Part shown: piece by piece, positions 36,701 to 49,560 of the stretch
How positions within the stretch are numbered: the first letter of the stretch is position 1
How the letters are laid out: every line of letters starts with the position of its first letter
Origin: Raillietiella orientalis
Taxonomy: Eukaryota
NCBI GenBank assembly: GCA_036172245.1
Contig: JAYWIR010000022.1
Location: forward strand, 2,170,001 to 2,234,000
DNA length: 64,000 bases
Direction of reading: 5' to 3'
Position numbers and translations under genes: made by a program
The notes under the pieces: model-generated
What the model was told of the DNA's origin: nothing
The model's database searches: none
Seen by the model: the letters and a program-made list of their open reading frames with translations, nothing else

Positions 36701-38739
36701 GCTGTATCTCCATAGTGAAATATGCCTTCAGGTGCTCCTCGCAATTCTTTCCTTCCCCTCCCCCCCTTTTTTTTTCCTTCAAGTTTTTCCCATACAAAGG
36801 ACTGCCTGTTACCCTTCATGCGCTTTCACACGTTGTCCAAAGGCACATCCAGGCGGAATTCCATCCGCGGAATCCTTTAATAGAAGACGGAACGATGGCG
36901 CATTAGAAACGGGGCCAGCGCTTCCTTGTGCGGACCTTCGCGTTTACGGCAGCCACGCGTACCGCCACGTCCAGGGCTCGAAACCCCCGAGGCCTCGGCA
37001 GTAACTCGAGACGAACTTTGAAACCATCCCCCTTCTACGAGACGCTGCCTGGAATTCCCTCTCCATCCCCGCGAACGGTCACGGCGCCCCGGCACGGGCG
37101 GAAGTGAGAGAAGCCCCACCCCCCGCCCAGCATGCCCGAGCGAGGTCGAGGAGAGAGTCGAGGGGGCGTGCCTCCTCCGAAGAATCCCTGAGCCGGATGC
37201 AACCCCCTCTGTGGGAGGAGAAAGGGGGGGGGGGCAACTCCGCACGCGAGCGTCGCTTCGGCGACTGCACCACCACCGCTTGTGCCGCACGCGCGCGTGC
37301 CAGACGAGGTGTGCGCGGATTCACGCGGGGAGGTAAGGGCGACACCTTCACACGGATCGCACGCGACTGCGCTGAAGCTCCCCCTCTCCTCGCCTCGCTG
37401 CGAGGCCACGCCCTTTCACCTGAAGGAGAGCTTCTCGTTCCGAGGCGAGCTCGCTTGCGATCGGCTCCCCGCGTCGTGGGTCCAGCCGGGAGGGGACTGT
37501 CGTAGGTTTCCTGTCGCGTCATACTGGTTGGCAGCTTCTCCCGAACCCTCTCCGACAGGAAGCCCTGGCGTCGGATTTCACAAGGCTGTGCTCTCCCTCC
37601 CCGTCCGGTGGCTCGTCCTGTTTGGGGACTTCTGGGCGCTGTCCGGCTCCAGTCTCGGCGGAGGGAGGGTTTGATCCACGACCTCACAAATCAGCAGCCC
37701 CGCTGCTGGCAGCGAAGACCAACGCCTGAGCGCACGCAACCCGAGAAGCAGGTAGGCGGCGAGCTCCGCCCGCCGTTGGCAGATGGCGCTGCACGTCGCT
37801 CGGCGCTCGCGCTGCTTCCGCGAGTCGGCTGCAGACGTCGCGCGCGAAGGTCAAGGAGGGTGCGCCGCCCGACCGCGCCATCCGGACGAACGAGAGGACA
37901 CGAAAGCCGAGTTCGGAGCCCGTCGCCAAGCGGCGCACGGGACGATTCGGGAAGGGGCGCTCGCTCTCGCGAGCATGCGAGTGGCACCAGCAAGGGAAGA
38001 GGGACGGACGGGGCGACCGCCCTCAGGGCGCCCATCTGGGCGGCTTGCGTGGGGTCTGACAAAGAAGGGGCGGCGATTCACGCGCGGCTCCTGGCCCCCA
38101 TTCTGCGCGCAGCTCGGGAGGAGGCGTCTCTGCACGAGGATTTCCCCCCTGCATCCGAAAGTTTCCCGGTGTCGAATTACGGGGGTCTTCCTGTCTTCCC
38201 GGAAAAGGTGACCTTCCCCCGCCGCCGCGCACCAGGGGGCGCAGTCAGCCCGACGACAGAGTCAGGTCCATCGAGCGCCGGCGCCGCGTCCGTGCCACCG
38301 AGGGCGGCCCGGAAAGCGCTCGCGTAACCGATGCCTTCCGATCTGCGCCGCAGCCGCGAGGAACCCTCGCGGAGCTTCGAGGGCACGCACGCCCTGTCGG
38401 GTCCTGCTCGAAGGGAATCGCCGCTCGCGGAAAGGCACACATCCCGTCTGTGCCTCCCCACCGAGAACCCGGCCGCCCAGTCGAGTCCGTGCAGGGGCGC
38501 GCGGGGGGGAGCGCACCCGAAGGAAAAAAAAAAACGGAGTCTGGAAAAAAGCGAAGGGGGAGAATGAAGGCCCGGGCGCTGCCTTCGACCGCGGACTCCC
38601 TCGCGGCGGGTCACCCTTCGCCGGATGGAGGGACCGATTGGGCAGGGAGCCGTCGCTCGGCCCCGGGGTCCCAGCGAAGTAGTCCGGTAGCGCGCCATTT
38701 TCGCGCGCGCGCACGACGGCAACGACGTAGGGGGAGACG

Positions 38740-40600
38740 TGCGTCATCCGCTTGGCGAAGCTGCGAGCGCTATCTCGGGGGCGAGGCGCTCGACGGACGT
38801 TCGCAAGGGTCGGACAAGGGGAGAATGGGGTCAGGGAAGGGAAGGGGGAGGGGAAGAATCCACGACATTCAGGGACTTCTCACCCTCTCCCACCCGCTCC
38901 CTCTTGTCGATCCCCTGTGGGAGGGAGGGACCGTGGCCGGAGTTTTACCAGAGGGCGGCTCAGACGAAGGTTCTTTCACGGCGCCCGCGTTAGCGCCCCT
39001 CCGTGGGTTCTCCCAGGCGAGCGGAGCCCGCGGATCTTCTCCAGCCACCTAAAGTCGCTCCGGGTGAACCGCCCGACAACCAAGGATCAGGAGATCATTC
39101 CCGCTCGCAAGCCTCTCCCTGGAAAATTGACCGCTCTCGAGGCGGCGAAAGTCCTAACGATCTCGAAGAACACGCTTTCCGTCTGCGGCTCCTCGGCCTT
39201 CCCTCTTCGGGTCGCGGGGCCAACTTCCGTTATCGGCTGGCGAAGACGTCCCGCGAGATGGATTCCTCCTCAGTCGGGAAGGCGTTCCCGGATCGCAGTC
39301 TTCGCTCGATCCCGTCCCGTGGACGCATGCGGCCGAGAGGGCGCTCAAGAAGAGAGCCGCGTCCGACGCGGAAATGCGCCCACGGCCTTCCCTCACTCTC
39401 CGCAGAGGGAATCACAACGCGCGTCCTGACGGCAGCAGCACTTCTTGGGAGAGAGTGGTGGGGGCAGTCCACGCGAACGGCCAACCATTTCCTGCTCCGT
39501 GGATGGAACCACGAAGCAGTCCGGGAGAAAGTGCGCGCATGGCTCCGTTGAGCAGTGGGACGCAATACCCAAACACGAGGACACAATCACTTTCTGCGCA
39601 CAATCAGGAGGAGCAGCTCCGGATGCGCTCTGCCGGGGGGAGGTCTGGATTTCGCTCCATCTTGGAACCTCGAAAGAGCCGTTGCCCTTCTCGGGGAACG
39701 GGACGCCACCAGCTCGCGGCAACAACAGTAGGGTGGGCATCCGTTCCGCCAGGAGCCTTCGGGCCGAACGACAGCGAGATCGGCACCGTCAGCAGCAACC
39801 TTTCGAACATCCAGATGGTTGCACCACCTGCGTGCAGTCTTTGCGTGCGATTTCAGTACCGCTCGCAGCAGCGAGTGAAAGAGCACTTCCTCCTTCGTGG
39901 ACCACGGGCTCACTCCGTTCCACCCACAGGCCAGTGGAACAGCAACTGCTCTGGCGACCGACGCGCAACATCCGTCTCTGCTCCCTGCCTACAGAGGTTT
40001 CCAGACGGTAAAGCAGCCACCGTCCCTCCTCATCGCACGGCGACAAGCCGGCGACTTCCGGTCGACGGGAAGCGGGAACTGCTCGTTTTTGTCTTCCCTC
40101 GGAACAACCCTCTTTTCTTTGCGTCCTGTATGGTTAACTGGCCTTCCACTGGAGGAGCGCAACCTTCGAGGACAGTGCTCCGAGCATACCAATGGCGTTC
40201 CTTGGTGCACCGACAGACAATCCCAGGGACGTGACGAAACATCTCTTCGTGCTCGATGCCCTTTCTCCTGACACATCCCTGACAGCTCTTCGCTACCTAA
40301 GTGGGATTGTGGCTGCCTGGAGCTACTCGAGAGGAGGACGGCAAGATAGAAGCGTCATCTGCTTAGCCCTATGCTTCATGAGATCGGCAGCAACATGACC
40401 TCACTTGAGACATACTCAGAAAGAACTTGCCGGCATCCTGGAAAGGATGCAGAGGGTGCCCTCCAGCACCCGGTGAACCCTTCCCTAACCCTCTCAATGT
40501 TTTGTATATATCTTTTTGTTTCTTTTATTTTTGCTTGCTTCCTTCCCCCTCCGCTGCCTAGGCAAACCTCGCCAGCCTGCGTGCCCGGGTACTCGCATCC
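38740..40600 (+). mobile_element. Decayed LINE ORF2 (RT remnants, C-terminus) with partial 3' UTR
   Basis: Weak RT-like motifs ALDGRSQGSD and GGSDEGSFTAPAL. A clear family C-terminus DVTKHLFVLDAL...LSGIVAAWSYSRGG...LCFMRSAAT*PHLRHTQKELAGILERMQR (40225-40455) is followed by a U-rich tract and hairpin-1 sequence CCTCGCCAGCCTGCGTGCC (~40567-40585). Confidence 0.6.
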
Positions 40601-43600
40601 TGCTCGGAGCGGCCCGCGTCGTTGAGATTCAAAGGGGTGCTCCTTTCCATCGACTGCCACCAGGCGAGGGCAGCCCCAGCGATCAGGAAATGAAACACCC
40701 GCGGCGCGGACGTTCCCCGTTCGCGGCGCGGATGAGCGCCAGTGCGTGCACGCCCGGCCGAACTGCGCGCGCGCGCGCGGCGAGTGCGCACGGCGCTCCG
40801 ACATGCGGAGCTTCCACGTCTCTGAAATCAGGTAGGCTAGACCGCACCTGGATTGCTGGGATTTTTGTCGAGCATTGCACGAAAGCTCCCCTGCCGTTCG
40901 TGAGCTCGAGGACAGCACAGGAGCTCTAAACAGGAAGAATCCGGAAGCTCGGGGTTTTGCAGAAATGGAGTCGCACTTGTTTTCCAGAACATGCGAGGCT
41001 GGGCCGCATCGGAAGGGGCAACGCTGCCGCATCTGGCAGCGTTAGCAGCCACCACGACCCTGGAGACGCTCTCTTATCCAGGAGGGTTGTGACGCAACCT
41101 TGGAATCGGAGAGCCCATTTCCTCACCGATCTCCGGACGAAAGCTGAAGGGCTGCCGTTTCGGTGCCTTTCCGTCACTTCCGGTTCCTCTCTCAAAGAAG
41201 TCTTTGTTTGTCGAAGTCATGGAACTTGAGGAGCAGCGCCTCAGGGTGGCCCCTGCTGGCGGCCGGCAGCGTTTCCCTCGGCGTGCTGGCACCGCTGCTG
41301 TGGTGCTTCTCGGTTGTGGGACGGATGGTAGGCTCCTGTCGACCGGACCTGCTTTTTAAAGAGGGCCGTCCCGGTCCGTCTGGCGTTCCGGTACGTCGCA
41401 TCTCTCGCGGGAGATGCAGCAGCCTTGCTCCTGTCCGCGCGGTCTTCCGCTCGCTCTCATGCGCGCAACGGGATCGTCGTGAACTGGACTGCGGTCCGAA
41501 AAAGGGGGGAGCCGATCCAATCGGGAACGAGCACTCGAAGAGGCCCTCTTGTAGGAACCGAGCCGTCCCCGATGACACCGGCTAGCGTTCAGCGGATGGC
41601 ATCCTCCCCTCAGACGAGACCTCGAAGCGGAGAGGAAGCTCCCGTATGGAGACGCAGGAAGGGGCGCGTCCGTGCGTTGGTCTGAGCCTGCAGTCACCTT
41701 CAGGAGGTTCCGTCGCCACCGGCGTTGTGCCGCGGCCGATCGTGCCTTTCGCCCACCTCACCCTGAGGGGTTCGCGGATCCCTCTGTTCCTTCCTTCCTA
41801 TCCACGGTTTTCGGGACAACGGACCTTTCCCACGACACTTTTTTTTTATCTCCCTCGTTCTCCAGCTGCTGTTCCTGCTGTGCTCTCACCTTGAGGCATC
41901 AGAGGACCCAGCCGGATGTCCCTTGAAGGGGGGCAACGGACAGATGATGGCGCACGTCCCAGAGGTTCCCCCATGCAGCCCTCTGGGACGGCGACGTCCA
42001 GAAGACTTTGCGTATAGAGCATCCGTCTCCAAGCTCCGTTCCCCTTCACCAGTCAGCTGGAAACGCCCAAGGTCGTTGCTCTGTCAGTCGAGTTGCCCCA
42101 TCCAGTCCGCTTTTCGATCCCTCTGGAAGTCCTTTCCTACCTTTCCGTACTCCTTTTGGAGTCTCCTCCATGAGGCTCTTTAAAGGTGACAGAAGTGTCG
42201 ACCATCCTTCGCCGCGTCCGTGACCTACAGATTTTGGTCCAAGAGGCCCCATAAAGGAGGTGGATTTGTTTCTGCTTCCACATCCTCCAGGAGTGTCCTT
42301 CTCGACTTTCTAAACCTTCTGGAGGGGCAGCAGCGGCAGCCGGAAAGCCAAGATCACAGGCGGCGGCAGTAGAGGCGGCTGACAGTCGCCCTCGGAAACG
42401 GGTGCACAACGGAAACGACCTCGAAAAGCCTGAGGGTGCGGAGGGAGGCAGAGGGGAAGTTCCTCCTCCGCCCTTCGCTTCGCCACTTCACGTTCTGTGC
42501 CGAAGATGCCTCCCTCTGTCCCTCGTCGAGCGGGTCGTTTTTACCATCCGTCTCTAAGGAGACAAGGGCGCACGTTGACCCTGATCCTCCTCTGGAGCCA
42601 GAGTTCGCGAGACCAAAGGGAACCTTGTGCCACTCGATCCTCGGCTCCCGGCTTGAGGGGAAGGACAAGACTGAAAGAAGTGTGAGCCCCAGCTGCACGG
42701 GACAAGAACCTTCCGCCAGTGGACAGGACTGCATCTTCCCCGCTTGTCTTCCTTCCGGGAGAGAGATGCCAGGGTCGCCCAGTCTCCGTCCTCGTTATCC
42801 AAGAGGGCGCGGACAGGGGAGGAGTCCGGAAAGCGGAGAGAGGGATCGAACCTCGGGAGACGGACCGTTCGTTTCCAAGGGATACCGAGGGAAAGTACTC
42901 CGGACATCCCTCCTAGGAGGCGATCGATGATCCCTGCCCGAGGGAGCCGGCGTCGCGGCCGGCTGCTATCCCAGACAGGTCGGATCATCAGGAGAGAGCC
43001 GTGGGTCCATCCGCTCTCCAGAGGTGGTCCGACAGGATCGGTCTGGAGCGACGAGTCTTCCCGACCCTTCCTTCTGACCTCGAGGCGCCCGGGAGAAAAC
43101 GCCGCTCTTTCCGCCGCAGATCCTGCGTTTCCAAAGGGAGTGCGGCTTGCTACTCGTGTGGGCGACGGAAGGGTTGGCGGAGACAGGCATCGTCCAGAAA
43201 ATCCCCTGCAGAAGGCCTACTCTTCACTCATGGCTTCCCAGTCCTCACTGTGGTGCCCTCACTGTCCTTGGACGTCGCTGAGCCACCAATCTCGGCCCGG
43301 AGCGCTCCTCTGGACGCTTCCCGTGCATTCCAGCAGTTCCTCCTCCTCCATGCTGCTAGAAGACTACGCAGGGTCCAGGTCGCACCGAAAACCCTCCGAA
43401 CGGTCGATTTTCTGGAGAGGGTTTCGAACGAGGACTGCTCGGCGCTCCCATCAGAGAGGCAGGAAGTGTCTTCATCAGATGGAGAGCTACCAGAAGATGG
43501 GGTCATCTGAGGGCTTGGTTGGGAGGCAGTCCGGAAGGCCGATGCGTCGGTCGTGTCTGAGGGATGGGCACAGTGTCCTCACGGGGCGAGTTCCCCCGCT

Positions 43601-43849
43601 GCCCATTTCCCCGGAAAAAGCATCCCTCTGTGTCTGTGACTTCCACGGCTCTCGCGGCGCCGGTACCGGCAGCCACCTCCACTTCCCGAGACATCTGCCA
43701 CTATCAGCCTCGCCAGGCGACGGGCGTCTGCGAGAGAGCGCGTCTGCACAGCTCGACCGCTTTCGTCTTATTTCGGCCTCTCCGGATGCAGGTGGCTTCC
43801 TTAGTGAGCCCAGCGAGCGCTGATGGGCACCACAACAATGCGCGAACCA

Positions 43850-45485
43850 TTCGTTTAAGCTATTTCGGGGTTCCCCAACAATGGCGAGCATCGTAACAAT
43901 GCTCAAAAAGTTCGCTAGGGCTATTTCGGATGTCGTGAGCTGCCCCGAACGCAAAGCAAATTGCACTTCACGGGCAAATCATGCGAGGGAAGGAAAGGGT
44001 TACGGAGCCTCCCACAGGCACTCTAGGGATTTGGAGGATCCAATTGGGGTCTCATCTCGTCCACGGAGCATGGCTGCTTGGTAGGAGGGATCGTGGAGGA
44101 AAGGGTAACTCTTCAAGGAAAGCCAGTGGGGGTTCATTCCTTCGAGAGAGATGCGAGATCCAACGCGGAACAACGGCAGCCTCCAGGAGGTGTCGCTTTC
44201 TATGGCACCATGTCGGCAGGAAACGAAACTATCAAAGAAAAATTCCGTTCGATTTCGATCCCTGCCTCCCTCTAGCTCCGACATCCTACTAGGCAACCGA
44301 GCCCTTCCTGCACATTCCAAGTCAATGATAAACCGATGCCTGCATAAGGTAAGGAAGGAAAGCATCCTCGAATCCCGAGGCGCTCTGACACCAACTCCTC
44401 GGTCAAACTCTCTCCCAAACTTCCCGAGTTCGACGCTCCGTCTCGTCTCGGAACTACATTACGTTGCCGTGCTATTCCTGTTCATTAAACTACCATATGC
44501 CCTTCGGAGAAGCTTGAATTCACCGACATTAACAGATCTCGTGCACCATTCCCCAGGTCTTTCATGGAGTTCTATACGAAGGTTTGCATTCGAAGTCTCT
44601 CACGGACGAAGTTTCAAGTGACCGCACTTGCAATGTTCCAAAGCAGGGGAACCACTTTGGCCTTCCACCCCTTTTTGGACGAAGAAAACTTCTTTCACAC
44701 TACCTGCAATGTCGAACCTTCCCAGATGGAACCAATAGAAAAGTGTGTGGCACGTGCTGGCGATGATGACGCAGTCTAACGGTTTCGTCCGGAGCACTCA
44801 AGGATCCACCAAAGAGCCACGAAATCTTATAGCATTCCGGTTTCCATCGACGGCTACTTCATTTTTGGTGACCTGGCTCCCAGGAATATAGGAGACAGGC
44901 CTTACCTTTCAGACAGCTTTCCCACGATCTGCAAATAAGTCATCGGACCGTGTGGCTGCAGTCCCCACTTGTGGTACCAAGCATTTCAGGCTCGAATACC
45001 CATAAAGGATCTGTGTCTCTTCACGTGCGGCTCGACGTCGCCTGCAGCTTCCCTTTTGCCTTTGCGAGATCGTGGCGCCGAAAGAGTCCAGTCGAACGGT
45101 GAAATCATCTCAATTGTCTGCTCCTTCATGGGGAAGGCGACAAGATGGTCTCATCTCTGCCAACAAAAGGAGGAAGTTGCTTTAGAGGATGCTGAGAGCG
45201 TCAATAAGAGACTGGGATAGACCCTTCTCCCCAGCATATATTTTTATATATTTTTAAACTGAGCTTTTGTGTGTGTTTTTTGTTTTTGTTTATCCCTTCA
45301 CCCACTTCTCCCGTGCGGACCTCATCATGGGAGCTACTCACGAGAAGCAGTGCCTCGGAGGCATCTCCCTTCCCAGTGGTGATGTGAAAGCACTACGAAG
45401 AAAGATATTCTTATATTTTATAAGACTGTTTTTTTCTGTCGATATTTTTTTTTTACAATAAACGCCCCGGCGTGACCGAGTGAAA
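43850..45485 (+). mobile_element. Decayed L1/Tx1-like LINE, 3' part (RT thumb to 3' UTR)
   Basis: Motifs MLKKFARAIS, TLGIW and FLWHHVGRKR. The C-terminus SFMGKATRWSHLCQQKEEVA is homologous to FMRMATRWPHLKH (60.2 kb). It ends in AATAAACGCCCCGGCGTGACCGAGTG (45457-45482). Confidence 0.65.
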
Positions 45486-45499
45486 ATAAAGGATCAAAG

Positions 45500-47300
45500 A
45501 CAGAGAAATGGGTGCGCCGTGGATTTCGAGTCCCCACCGCAAGATGACGCTGGCTGGTCGATAGCTTCGGGTGCGGCACTGGGTGGAAACCGGATGCCCA
45601 CGTTGAATGGCCGGGATTGGTAGTGATACTCCAGGATCCTTCCAGGAATCAAGGAGCCGGTCCCCTTCAGAGTTACCCTCCAGTTGTGCAGATGGAGCCG
45701 TCCTCACCCCACCTCGAGGGGGAAGACCCTCCATCGAGTACCATGGAGCTGGTTGACTGATACCTTCCAGAGTATGAAGAAGCTCGATGTTCCCTTTGGG
45801 GAGAGCCCTTCAGAGAAATCTGGAAGCGTCCCTTCCGGGCTCTCTTCAGAGGAGGAAGGAACAGGAACCTCCGGAGGGATCCTCCCTTCCGGAGGATCCC
45901 TCCGGGGAAGAAATTCCAGGAGTGAGGATCCTTTCCAGGATCCCTTCGGTGAAGAAACGAGTTCCCCCTCCGGGGGTCCCTCCGGAGAGAATGAGGAAAC
46001 GGTTCCCTTCGAGGTTCCCTCCCAAGCGTGAGAAGAAAAGACCGCTTCCTCCCGAGCTTGGTGGATTCATAGGGTGGCCCTCCCGGGTACCCCCTAACTT
46101 GAAGAGTTGAAACGCCCCCTCGTGGATGGCTTGGACGATGTGGAAGAGCTTCACTAGCCGCCAGATGAACGATTCTTCAGTACTTAGCGATCTGCAGATC
46201 ACACACCTCTCCCTGCAAAGCATCGTGAACATCAGTTCTCCTTCGCAGTCGCTCCAGACAACTGTCTCCCGCATCTTCCTGCAGCCCCTCGGCACCTGTT
46301 GGGTGCAATAGAGTTCTTAGGTCTCCCGAGAACATGGACTTTCCCCTCCCTTCAAAACAACGAGTTGGAACGCGGATATGAGGATGAGTGTTTTTCACCC
46401 AGCACCATCTACCCACCGTTCGCGTCATCAGTTTGGCGACTTGTCGACAGTGTCCCCTCACTATCAGGATACGGTAGTCCTTTGTCACTCACAGACGAGG
46501 GGGGTTGCAGCTCATCCTGGTTGCAGGAAACGTTTCCATGAAGGGACGTCTCCTCGTCCATCATGTTCCAGGGCTCGCCCCCCCTCGACCCGCTGACAAG
46601 GCTCGCTGATTTCCAGACTCTCCACCCTCGGCCGTCTGCTTCACAAGTCCGTCGCTGGTACTCCACCGACCGCAAGTCCCTACCACCCTTCCCTGCCCCG
46701 CGTCCTTAAGTGCCCTCTTCAGCAGTTCGCACACTCTTCGGCGCACGGCTTGCCCTTGTCGCTGGCGCCCGAGCGGCTTCGACCTGCACGGAACCAGGCG
46801 AAAAGACCCCGCCAGCCGCTCCATCCTTTGGATGCAGCCCACCTGCCCCTGGAGAATTTCCTCCCTTTCCTCTCTCTCCAGTAGCCTTCACCCGGAGACC
46901 CCCCCCTTCCACCCTACCCCTCTCGGGGACAAAGGCCTCCGGTGCCCTTGGACAAAGGAGGGAGATGTTCCAGGTTCGCATCTTTCCGCTGCCCTCGAGC
47001 TCTTCCCGACCGCTCCCACACCGCGGTCGAGCACGAAGTCAGCATAACCGGGTCCAAGGCAGCAGGGCAGCAGTCACCGGACCACCCCTTCCACTCTCCG
47101 TCGTCGTGCCAACCTTGCCCGTAAAAAACAGGGTTCTGTTGCGAGTGGCAGCTGCTGAGCCCCTGCGTTTCAGGACTGTCCCAGGGAAAAACCCTCTCGC
47201 CAAGCCCTCCGACCCTGCAATGCTGCCCTCTTTGGCACTTCCCCTCTGACTCTCCCTCCCCATCCTTGCCTCGAGAAGGGCGCCGTCCTTGTCGGAGCTC
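45500..47300 (-). mobile_element. L1/Tx1-like ORF1 (gag-like) relic with zinc knuckles and S/P/E/G-rich tail
   Basis: QQVPRGCRK...CRERCVICRSLS (~46180-46305) is followed by SFSPEGPPEG...SSSEESPEGTLPDFSEG, which recurs at 21.9-22.4 kb and 49.05-49.56 kb. Confidence 0.55.
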
Positions 47301-48099
47301 CCGGAGAGCTTCCATTAGGGAAATTGGGGAAAGTCCTCTCTCGGGAAGGGTGAAAGTGGCGGCGTGGGGCGTCGCCTCCACCCCAGTCGTGAAAGCTCCC
47401 CCCCCTGCAGTGTCCCCTCTTCCTCTTCTCTCCTGCCGCGCACGCCACATGCCACCTGGAGCAGCGTCTGGGCAGCCACCCGGAAATCGCAAGACCTCCT
47501 CGAATCCCGAAGAATCCCCAGAGAGATCCGGGGCATCTACCGGAAGTGCCGCCTCACGCCCAAGACCAGACATGGGGAGCGACCAGCGCCCCCGAAATGC
47601 GTCGAGGAAACCTCTCCCTGCTTGGAACCCAAGCTCCGGACGCTGTGCACGCCCTCGAGACGGGGAGGAGGAGTCTCCGAGCCCCTGCAGCGCGCGTGCG
47701 GGTTGCCGTCCCATCCTCCTACCCGCTCGTGCCTCGTCGCAGTCGCGCCGGACCGAAGGGCCCGAGGATAACGTCACCAGGGAAGGGAGGAGAGGACCCA
47801 TGGACGACCGGAGTGCGGGGCGAGCGCCTGCCCTCTCCAGGAAAGGGTCGCCTTCCGTCCCCTTTTTGAGGATTCCTCCCCCTCGACCTCTCCCCGTTTT
47901 TCCCTGCCCCTACCGGGTTCCCTCCTTTCGGAGTCCGCACCGCGTCTGCTGGGCGCAATGGAGGAGGCAGCGACAGTGAAGAAAGGCGGAAAGAGTGAGG
48001 GAGCACAAGGGAGTGTTTTCTTCCTTCCTTCTCGCCCTCTATTTCGCTTCCCCAAACGGGCGTGCCGTTCCCGCTCGGCGGTTCGGCAGCGCTCCGCCT

Positions 48100-48700
48100 T
48101 TCCTTCGCGCGTCCGCCGTCGGGAGTTACCCGTAGCGCCGAGGTCACGATCTGACAGGAGGGGGAGAATTTGGCTCGGGACTCTCACGGGCAGAAGAGCC
48201 GCGCCGACGGACGTCCACGTAGAGGGCCCCAAAGCGGGTGCCTCCCGAGACAGCGCGACGGTCCACGAAGCAGAGCATTGGTTGCCGGGGGAAACGAATG
48301 CTTCTTGCCTGTCCCTTCCTCGTCTCCGCCGGGGCAAGCTGGGTCGGCCCGACGGACTGGAATTCGGACGGGCGAGCCCGGACACCCCTCGACCCCTCTG
48401 CCGCATGCCCGCGGGCGGCTCGTTCTCGAAAAGGAGTGGGTGGGTGGGGTGAACCGGGAGAGGGAGGAAGATAGGGCCAGAATCCCCCAGCTCGGGAGCG
48501 GATGCAGGGGTTGCCTACCCGCTGAACCGGTCATCTCTTCCGGGGGGGCGGGTCAGCGATGCCTGGGCGAGACCCCTGTTGCTGAAGCTCGGTTGGTCCC
48601 TTGCTTCCCGTCATTCCTCAAAAGGACATGACTCCAGAGAATGCCTGGGGCGTCGTCGCCGGGAATCGGGAAGGCCGAGAGTGCCTTCTCGCATGTGGGC
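48100..48700 (+). mobile_element. LINE endonuclease relic
   Basis: DVHVEGP (NVYGP-like), LVAGGNECFL (GGDFNC-like) and ARIPQL (SRID-like), in order across frameshifts. Confidence 0.4.
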
Positions 48701-49049
48701 GTCGGACAGGCATCTCGGGTCGCCACCTGCCGGAGGAAGGCGCAGCATCCCGCCGAAGGGACAGCGCCCTCGAACCGGGCCTGGGGGATCGCTCGCAGCG
48801 GATGCTCCCCGGAAAGGTGGAAGGCGAGCACAGGGACGCCCCTCCCTCCCTCCCCTGCTACTTCCCGGGAGTGGCGGTCGGGGAGAGGGCACGGCTCGTC
48901 AATGTCCGACTCGTCCTTTCCTTTCCGGGATTCTCGGCGGAGTGTCGCCATCCGCTCGGCCTACCGAAGTCACTCGGGAATTCCCGCGGGTCTCGTCTGG
49001 AGAAACCCGTCGAGCCACGAGGTAGCTGACGGAGGGAGGCGACTCCACC

Positions 49050-49560
49050 GATCCCAAGGAACCTAGCGGGGGGCACCCCTAACCCGAAGGGGGAGAATGG
49101 CTCCTCCGCCTTTGCAACCGGAAGGGGGAACGCCGAAGGGAGCAGCCTCTTTCTTGTTCTCTCCGGAGAAGTTGTCTGAAGGGAGTCACTCCCCATTCCT
49201 TCTCCGGAGGGCACCCTCCAGGGATCCGCTCCCTATTTGCTCCTCTGGAGAGAGCCCACAAGGGGCACCTCCCAATTTCGCTGAAGGGTGTTAGCGGGAC
49301 ACTCTGGAGAGGCGCCCCTCCGAGGGAAGCATCGACCAGCTCCACGGTACGGGATGAGGGGTTATCTTCTGAGGGGAGGGGAGGCTCCCTTCTCACAACC
49401 GGAGGGAAACAACCTCTCGGTTCCTGGAAGAACCCCAGGAGGGTCATCTTCCACTCCCGGTCCATCGGTGGAGGCATCCAAGGGCTTGCGCCAGTGCCGC
49501 ACCCCGATAGGCCAACCAACGTCATCCTCTCAGGAGGACTCGGACTCCCCACGACGCACC
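49050..49560 (+). repeat. Inverted dispersed copy of the ORF1-tail repeat
   Basis: SFLFSPEK...SSGESPQGAPPNFAEG and the DNA blocks ACCAGCTCCA, TTCTCACAACC and CCAGTGCCGCACCC match the reverse complement of the 22 kb and/or 45.6-46 kb copies. Confidence 0.7.
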
